From assembly GCA_964609855.1 (NCBI GenBank), contig CAZSTB010000003.1, positions 4,305-68,304 of the forward strand: a DNA stretch of 64,000 nucleotides, in the 5' to 3' direction. This DNA is from an uncultured Bdellovibrionales bacterium. Lineage in GTDB: Bacteria > Patescibacteriota > Minisyncoccia > Moranbacterales > GWC2-37-73. A model generated the notes under the pieces. That model did not search any database, was not told where the DNA came from, and was given only the letters and a program-made list of their open reading frames with translations. This document shows positions 58,743 to 64,000 of the stretch, one piece after another. Made by a program: the position numbers and the translations under genes. The first letter of the stretch is position 1. Each line of letters begins with the position of its first letter.

Positions 58743-58955
58743 GTGAAAAACCTCCTTTCTATAGTTATTTCCTTATTATCCCCTAATCAATCATATTATA
58801 CAGATATTCGCAGATAAGTCAACTAGGTCAGCTTATTAGCTTTTTAGGCGTTAACTTCTTAGGTTTTTAACTTTCCGAAGAATAAAAAGCAGAGAGATTT
58901 ATAATCTACTATTTATCTCCTAAGAAGTTAAAAAGCTAATGCCTGACAAGCTATT

Positions 58956-59318
58956 TTATTTCCAATCAACCTCAAGAGGACGAATTTCTTCGTGGAGAGC
59001 TGCTCCGCCAATCAAGTGCAGATGAATGTGATCAACTTCCTGTCCGCCATGCTTTCCAATTCTGAAAAGCAATTTATATCCATTCTCAGAAATTCCTAAT
59101 TGCGCCGCGATGTCTTTAGCAACCAGAATCATCTCTCCTAATAGCCGCACTTTCTCCATCGTAACATCATTAATAGAGGCAATATGTTCTTTAGGAATGA
59201 TCAGCACATGAACTGGCGCTATCGGATGAATATCTTTAAAAGCAATTATCTCCTTATTTTCAAAAATTATTTTAGCATCAAGTTTTTTTTGAATAATTTT
59301 ACAAAAAATACAATCCAT
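58956..59318 (-). CDS. HIT family (histidine triad) hydrolase
   Basis: HIHLHLIGG histidine triad. Confidence 0.8.
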   Translation of the reverse strand: MDCIFCKIIQKKLDAKIIFENKEIIAFKDIHPIAPVHVLIIPKEHIASINDVTMEKVRLLGEMILVAKDIAAQLGISENGYKLLFRIGKHGGQEVDHIHLHLIGGAALHEEIRPLEVDWK

Positions 59319-59458
59319 AATTTAACAAGCAAATCCTAATGTCAAAATCCTAATGTCAAATAAATGTTCAAAATCATAATTTTAGAAAATTTGGATTTAT
59401 ATAATTTTGATTTTATTTGACATTTGACATTTAGATTTTAGATTTTAGATTTTTTTAT

Positions 59459-60886
59459 TTATTCTTCGTGTGAAACCACTACATTATTTTTCAAGATTTT
59501 TTTTACGGCATTTATCAATCTCTCATTGGAAACTGTTTCTTGAGTTCCACTGATCATATCTTTAACAATCACCGTTTCATCTAAAGCTTCTTTTTGACCG
59601 ATAATCAAAGTGATTTCCACTTCCAATCTATCAGCAACGCGAAGCTGAGATTTAAGCGCGCCACGTCCGAAACTTTCTGCAGTTAAAATGCTATTTTTTT
59701 GCAGTTCTGCAAAAACATTCAAACTTTTCTTCTTAGCAAGATCTCCCAGCTGCGCTAAAAATACTCGCGGCTTAGGTTCTATGTATGATTTAGCATGAAC
59801 TCTTTTCATTTCAGCTACTAATCTATCGATTCCAAGTCCGAATCCAATTGCTGGTGTTGGCTCCCCACCCAAACTCTCAACAAGATTATCATAACGACCA
59901 CCACCTCCAAGCGAATATTTTCTTCCATCCTCATCTCCTGACCAGATTTCAAAAACAGTTTTAGTATAATAGCTCAATCCACGTACTAAACGAGGATTTA
60001 TAATATAAGGCAAGTCCAATTCATCGAGATATTCCAGCAAGCTCTTAAAATGCACGCGACATTCCACACAAAGATGATCTATGGATTGAGGCGCAACTGA
60101 AGAAACCTGCATACATTTATCCTCTTTGCAATCCAGGATTCTCAACGGATTAGTCTCCAAGCGACGCTTACAATTTTGACAAAGTTTTTGTTTTTTTGAT
60201 TCAAAGTAAGCAACTAAAAGATTTTGGTATTCTTTGCGGCATTTTGGGCAACCTATGGAATTAACTTGAAATTGGACATTCTTAATTCCAAGTCCTGACA
60301 CGACCCTATGTGCGGTTTGAATGAGCTGCGCATCCAATATCGGATCTTGCTCGCCAAAGGCATCGAAATTAGCTTGCCAAAGTTCCCTAAAGCAACCATC
60401 TTGAGGTCTATCATATCTAAAAGCTTGTCCTGTTGAAAATAATTTTACTGGCTTTGACAGCACATTCATCCCATGTTGAATGTAGGCTCGACAAACTCCA
60501 GCAGTAAATTCCGGTCGAAGTGCGACTTTATCGCCACTTTTAGTTGTGAAAGTGTACATTTCCTTATCAACAATGTCAGTACCTTTTCCAATCGAACTCG
60601 AAAACAAGTTTGCATATTCCATCACAGGTAGGTCAATGCGCTGAAAACCATATTCAAGCGCCATACGCGAGGTAACTTTGCGAATTTGATTCCAATAAGG
60701 CTGGTCACCCGGAAGCAGATCTCTCATTCCTCGAGGAGGTTGCATTACCAGTTCTTCCTTAACCACTTGAACTTTGGATTTTGAAGTTTTCTTAACACCT
60801 GCTCCGGCATTTTTTTTGCCAACGGTTTTTTTATCCATTTTTTTTGTAATAATTCCTTTAATTTGCTTACCTTGCAGTTTTGCCAT
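59459..60886 (-). CDS. hisS: histidine--tRNA ligase with K-rich N-terminal extension and Cys-rich insertion
   Basis: class II motifs FRYDRPQDG ... and GGGGRYDNL; about 45-aa Lys-rich N-terminal extension; eight Cys in four CxxC pairs in the insertion. Confidence 0.85.
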   Translation of the reverse strand: MAKLQGKQIKGIITKKMDKKTVGKKNAGAGVKKTSKSKVQVVKEELVMQPPRGMRDLLPGDQPYWNQIRKVTSRMALEYGFQRIDLPVMEYANLFSSSIGKGTDIVDKEMYTFTTKSGDKVALRPEFTAGVCRAYIQHGMNVLSKPVKLFSTGQAFRYDRPQDGCFRELWQANFDAFGEQDPILDAQLIQTAHRVVSGLGIKNVQFQVNSIGCPKCRKEYQNLLVAYFESKKQKLCQNCKRRLETNPLRILDCKEDKCMQVSSVAPQSIDHLCVECRVHFKSLLEYLDELDLPYIINPRLVRGLSYYTKTVFEIWSGDEDGRKYSLGGGGRYDNLVESLGGEPTPAIGFGLGIDRLVAEMKRVHAKSYIEPKPRVFLAQLGDLAKKKSLNVFAELQKNSILTAESFGRGALKSQLRVADRLEVEITLIIGQKEALDETVIVKDMISGTQETVSNERLINAVKKILKNNVVVSHEE

Positions 60887-61010
60887 AATGCTTAAAATAC
60901 ACAGCCAAGTAATGATTACAAGCTAATTTATCAGCTCAATAATCGCTTCTTGTATCTCCATATTTAAATATTAAGAATCAGATGTAGCGTGTTTAATGAA
61001 TTACCTATGT

Positions 61011-61655
61011 TTATAAAATCTCAGCCTTATCCAGCGGCCAGGCACGAATCAAAACTTTCCCAACAACGTCCTCCTCGGGAAGCGGTCCCCATGCTCGCGA
61101 GTCATGTGAAAATTGTCTATTGTCTCCAAGCACGAAATATTCATCACTTTTAAGCGCGACGGTTACCGCGCCGTTCGTATTCAATCCTGCTGGAAGATAA
61201 GCTTTTTCATCTAACAGCTCCCCTTCAGGATTTTCATTATTGAAAATCTTCACTTTTCCTCCCTCCACCTTTACTTGTTCACCAGGCAGCGCAATAACCC
61301 TTTTAATGAAAAATTGTGATGGATCTTTCGGATAACGAAAGACTACCACATCACCTCTCTTCAGCTCCTTAAAGGAATCTACGGTAAAAAAATGCTTGTC
61401 ACCTAAATTTGCCTCCGTTCGTTTGTAACCGAATTCATTCACTATAAGATAATCACCATCCTTAAAGTTTGGCTCCATACTCGCGCCTTGCACGAAAAAT
61501 GGCTGGAAGAGAAAAATCCTAATCGGTACAATAATAACTAACGCCCAGAAAAAAACTTTTATAATTTCCCAAAGAAAACTTCCGACACCATAATAAACAT
61601 CCTCATCATTTTCTAAAATTTCATCACCATTTAGATTTTCCATAAAAATAAGCAA
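61011..61655 (-). CDS. lepB: signal peptidase I
   Basis: GASMEPNF (Ser), KRVIALPGE (Lys), GDNRQFSHDSR boxes. Confidence 0.85.
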   Translation of the reverse strand: MLIFMENLNGDEILENDEDVYYGVGSFLWEIIKVFFWALVIIVPIRIFLFQPFFVQGASMEPNFKDGDYLIVNEFGYKRTEANLGDKHFFTVDSFKELKRGDVVVFRYPKDPSQFFIKRVIALPGEQVKVEGGKVKIFNNENPEGELLDEKAYLPAGLNTNGAVTVALKSDEYFVLGDNRQFSHDSRAWGPLPEEDVVGKVLIRAWPLDKAEIL

Positions 61656-62221
61656 TCGCGCCAGCTAAATCTCTGGCGAAAATTTTTATAAATTATTTTC
61701 AAATCAATTCGCTCAGCTTCCAAATTCTGCAAATCTCCAAAAAACCTTGATTTACAGCGATAATAACACGTATTTTAACTTTATGCAAGAGTATGATAGT
61801 AAAAACTAACGAGGCTTTTTCTTGAATAATAATCAGCATTAGCCCTAGAGCAAGCCTGCATACCTTGTTCGACAATAAACAACTATTGTCTGAAAAAAAA
61901 TTTCACTTTCAAAACTGAATTTCTTTGACATTCAAGCTTCTATTGAGCTATTATACATTAAGATATCAATGAAAAATATTGCTTAAATGTATTTCTAAGT
62001 ATTACAAAGAATAAAGGTTTTAATACCCCAGGGAAAGCCCTAGACCCCTTTGTGCTCACGAGGCCCGTCTCGCATAGGGATTGTCAAGGTGTCTCGAGCT
62101 ACAAACCCCTTGATATTGTCGTTCGCTCGAAAATTGAAAGAGTACATCTTATTTCCCGCAACTTCGCTAGATAATAATATCCTTTCTCTCAAAAAATCAG
62201 CTAATTCTAGTTACATCAAAA

Positions 62222-63832
62222 ATGGACGGCATCAGAAAAAAAATCATTATCAGACCTCAGCCGATTTCCGAACCACTCAGAAAAGAATCGGCCGTCCCAA
62301 GACAACTTCTACGAAAAAAGGAGGAGCTTTTCATCTCAAAGGATGAGTCAGAGCAAATGGAAAAACATGAAAAATCTTTCCATAAAGGTTTGCGCACACG
62401 AAAAATTATTTGGACCATAATCATAGTTATTCTTTTACTGATTTTCGCAGGAGCAATCTTCATCTTTATCAAAACCTATCTCATTAGTAAAAAGATGAAC
62501 AGTCAGCAAAATATTAGTACAAATTTCTCACAAGATGTTCGCACCATAATCTCACCAATCATTCCACAAAAATCACAGATATTAAGAGGTCAGGAAACTG
62601 GACGAATCAACATCTTGCTACTGGGAGCTGCCGGACAAAACAAACCCGGAGGCAATCTTACCGACACAGTCATGATTGCTAGTATTGACCTACACAGCAA
62701 TAAAATTGCCTTTCTCTCACTGCCAAGAGATTTTTACGTGACAATTGCCGACAGCAATAGCTATGCAAAAATTAACAGTCTTTATCCGATCGGGATCAAG
62801 GATGAGAGAGGTACAGAATACATAAAAAAGACCGTTGAAAAAATTACCGGCATTACTTTGCACTATTATTTAGTAGTCGATTTTGAAGGATTCGAGAAAA
62901 TAATAGATGACATTGGCGGCATAAACATCATCTCTGAGCGTGATATATACGACGATCGTTATCCTGGTCCCAATTACAGCTACAAAACATTCGCCCTCTC
63001 CAAGGGACTGCATAGACTAGACGGCGAAACTGCACTCATGTACGCACGCGAAAGGCACGACGACCCCGAAGGAGATTTTGGCAGAGCGAAGCGTCAGCAG
63101 CAAATTATTCAAGCCGTAAAGAATAAATTCTTCTCAGCTCAAACACTTTTCAATGTCAGCACCTTAAACAATATCCTAAACACTCTCGGCGACAACATCA
63201 AAACCGACATAGCTTTCAATGATATCGAAAGTTTCATACAATTGACCAAAAAATTAGATACCCAAAACATCACCAATTCTGTAGTTGATGCCTGGAAGAA
63301 AGATAGCCTGCTAAAAGTTTCACACGTCCAAGTGGGAAATGTCAGCGCTTTCATCTTAATTCCACGCGTTGGTAACTACAGCGAAATCCAAGAACTTGCT
63401 CAAAATATTTTTAATCTTAATGAGCTGAAAAAACGCCAAGAGGAAATCGCCCAGGAAAAAGCCAGTATTAAAATTTTTAATGCCAGTGGCGATAACGCCC
63501 TGACAAAAAAAATTCAGACACTTCTTCAGGATAAACTGGATTTCAATAATGTCTCAGTTTCATATACTCAAGAACTGCAAACGCCCAGAAACAAAACAGT
63601 CATAATTGACCATTCGGGAGGTGCAAAAATTTTCACACTTGATGAGCTTGTAAAAAAGCTTCCCGCAGAAATAGCCCGCGATTTCACATTGCAAGAGGAA
63701 AACGCTGATATTATCATCATTCTTGGCAGCGACCTTACTGAAACTTATAAATTCGATGAGGATTCAGCTGAAGATTTTAAAAATTCCCAAGAAGATCAGA
63801 ATATTATCAATTTTACAAAAACTAATCGTTAG
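62222..63832 (+). CDS. LytR-CpsA-Psr (LCP) family cell-envelope phosphotransferase with C-terminal LytR_C-like domain
   Basis: N-terminal TM; LCP core (LLLGAAGQNKPGGNLTDTVMIASID ... LPRDFYV ... RERH ... R). Confidence 0.8.
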   Translation: MDGIRKKIIIRPQPISEPLRKESAVPRQLLRKKEELFISKDESEQMEKHEKSFHKGLRTRKIIWTIIIVILLLIFAGAIFIFIKTYLISKKMNSQQNISTNFSQDVRTIISPIIPQKSQILRGQETGRINILLLGAAGQNKPGGNLTDTVMIASIDLHSNKIAFLSLPRDFYVTIADSNSYAKINSLYPIGIKDERGTEYIKKTVEKITGITLHYYLVVDFEGFEKIIDDIGGINIISERDIYDDRYPGPNYSYKTFALSKGLHRLDGETALMYARERHDDPEGDFGRAKRQQQIIQAVKNKFFSAQTLFNVSTLNNILNTLGDNIKTDIAFNDIESFIQLTKKLDTQNITNSVVDAWKKDSLLKVSHVQVGNVSAFILIPRVGNYSEIQELAQNIFNLNELKKRQEEIAQEKASIKIFNASGDNALTKKIQTLLQDKLDFNNVSVSYTQELQTPRNKTVIIDHSGGAKIFTLDELVKKLPAEIARDFTLQEENADIIIILGSDLTETYKFDEDSAEDFKNSQEDQNIINFTKTNR

Positions 63833-63960
63833 AAATTTTTAATTTAATTTTAATTTGAAACAAACTCTTAATTCCAAGTAATTTAAATAAATTTAAATTT
63901 GATAACAATTTTAAATTTTAAAATTTCAAATTTTCCTATCATATGAAACTAATAATTGCC

Positions 63961-64000
63961 CTAGGTAACCCAGGAAAGCAATATGAAAAAACCAGACACA
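63961..64000 (+). CDS. pth: peptidyl-tRNA hydrolase, 5' partial
   Basis: MKLIIALGNPGKQYEKT N-terminus; truncated by the window end. Confidence 0.6.

Noticed and set aside
62030-62120. GC-richer 90-nt patch upstream of the LCP gene (CCCCAGGGAAAGCCCTAGACCCCTTTGTGCTCACGAGGCCCGTCTCG...) as a small RNA
   Set aside because: There are only short, weak local stems (4-5 bp), no terminator and no flanking repeats. It may just be a promoter/5'-UTR, so it is not reported as a feature.
1-64000. CRISPR arrays, rRNA and tRNA genes
   Set aside because: No regularly spaced direct repeats of CRISPR size were seen; all tandem repeats are short (7-52 bp) and spacer-less. No T-arm-like GGTTCGANTCC or rRNA-like stretches were spotted in the intergenic regions by eye. 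Small tRNAs cannot be fully excluded without tRNAscan.

Overview
The window is a low-GC, gene-dense bacterial segment, almost entirely on the minus strand. It resembles a Candidate Phyla Radiation (Patescibacteria) genome; this is inference from missing ribosomal protein L30, r-proteins with K/E-rich extensions, weak or absent Shine-Dalgarno (SD) sequences on native genes, and an anaerobe gene set.

Content, by coordinate:
- 115-3584: a cluster of four glycosyltransferases.
- 3624-19302: ruvX-like, then a contiguous r-protein superoperon (map-adk-secY-rplO ... rplC, rpsJ) and tuf.
- 19303-27755: an ~8.5 kb accessory block between tuf and fusA. It holds 2 NUDIX hydrolases, an HD phosphohydrolase, a RdgB/Ham1 pyrophosphatase, a PUR-alpha-like protein, coiled-coil/secreted hypotheticals and an ABC exporter.
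- 27756-32320: fusA-rpsG-rpsL, an M50 protease and rpmB.
- 32394-36700: small membrane proteins, a transglutaminase-like protein and a GC-rich four-gene island of small proteins.
- 36708-41694: a tandem array of four secreted paralogs.
- 41890-48837: ndk, a split comEC, and ApbE with Ca-binding-repeat surface proteins.
- 48952-53754: an anaerobic class III ribonucleotide reductase locus (nrdG, nrdD, nrdR).
- 54195-64000: ftsZ-ftsA, dgkA-ybeY-yqeY-rpsU, HIT, hisS, lepB, an LCP protein, and the start of pth.

The most unusual items:
- A stand-alone 87-aa copy of the NrdD C-terminal Zn-ribbon plus glycyl-radical domain sits next to nrdD. It is a candidate spare-part radical cofactor for class III RNR. 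A ~960-bp structured, ORF-poor region lies beside it.
- Four tandem secreted beta-rich paralogs all end with the motif AP(A/S)xP(T/S)GL(S/G)VE immediately before the stop codon. They share conserved spacers, two 21-22 bp perfect palindromes sit upstream of two of the copies, and one copy carries a single in-frame TGA.
- Three compositionally distinct (GC-richer) cassettes carry strong SD sites and their own intrinsic terminators.
- A GC-rich ~250-nt candidate structured RNA is closed by a 12-bp helix.
- An attenuator-like terminator leader lies between rpsJ and rplC.
- Several families of short interspersed repeats and hairpins recur in intergenic spacers.

I saw no CRISPR array, rRNA or tRNA by eye.
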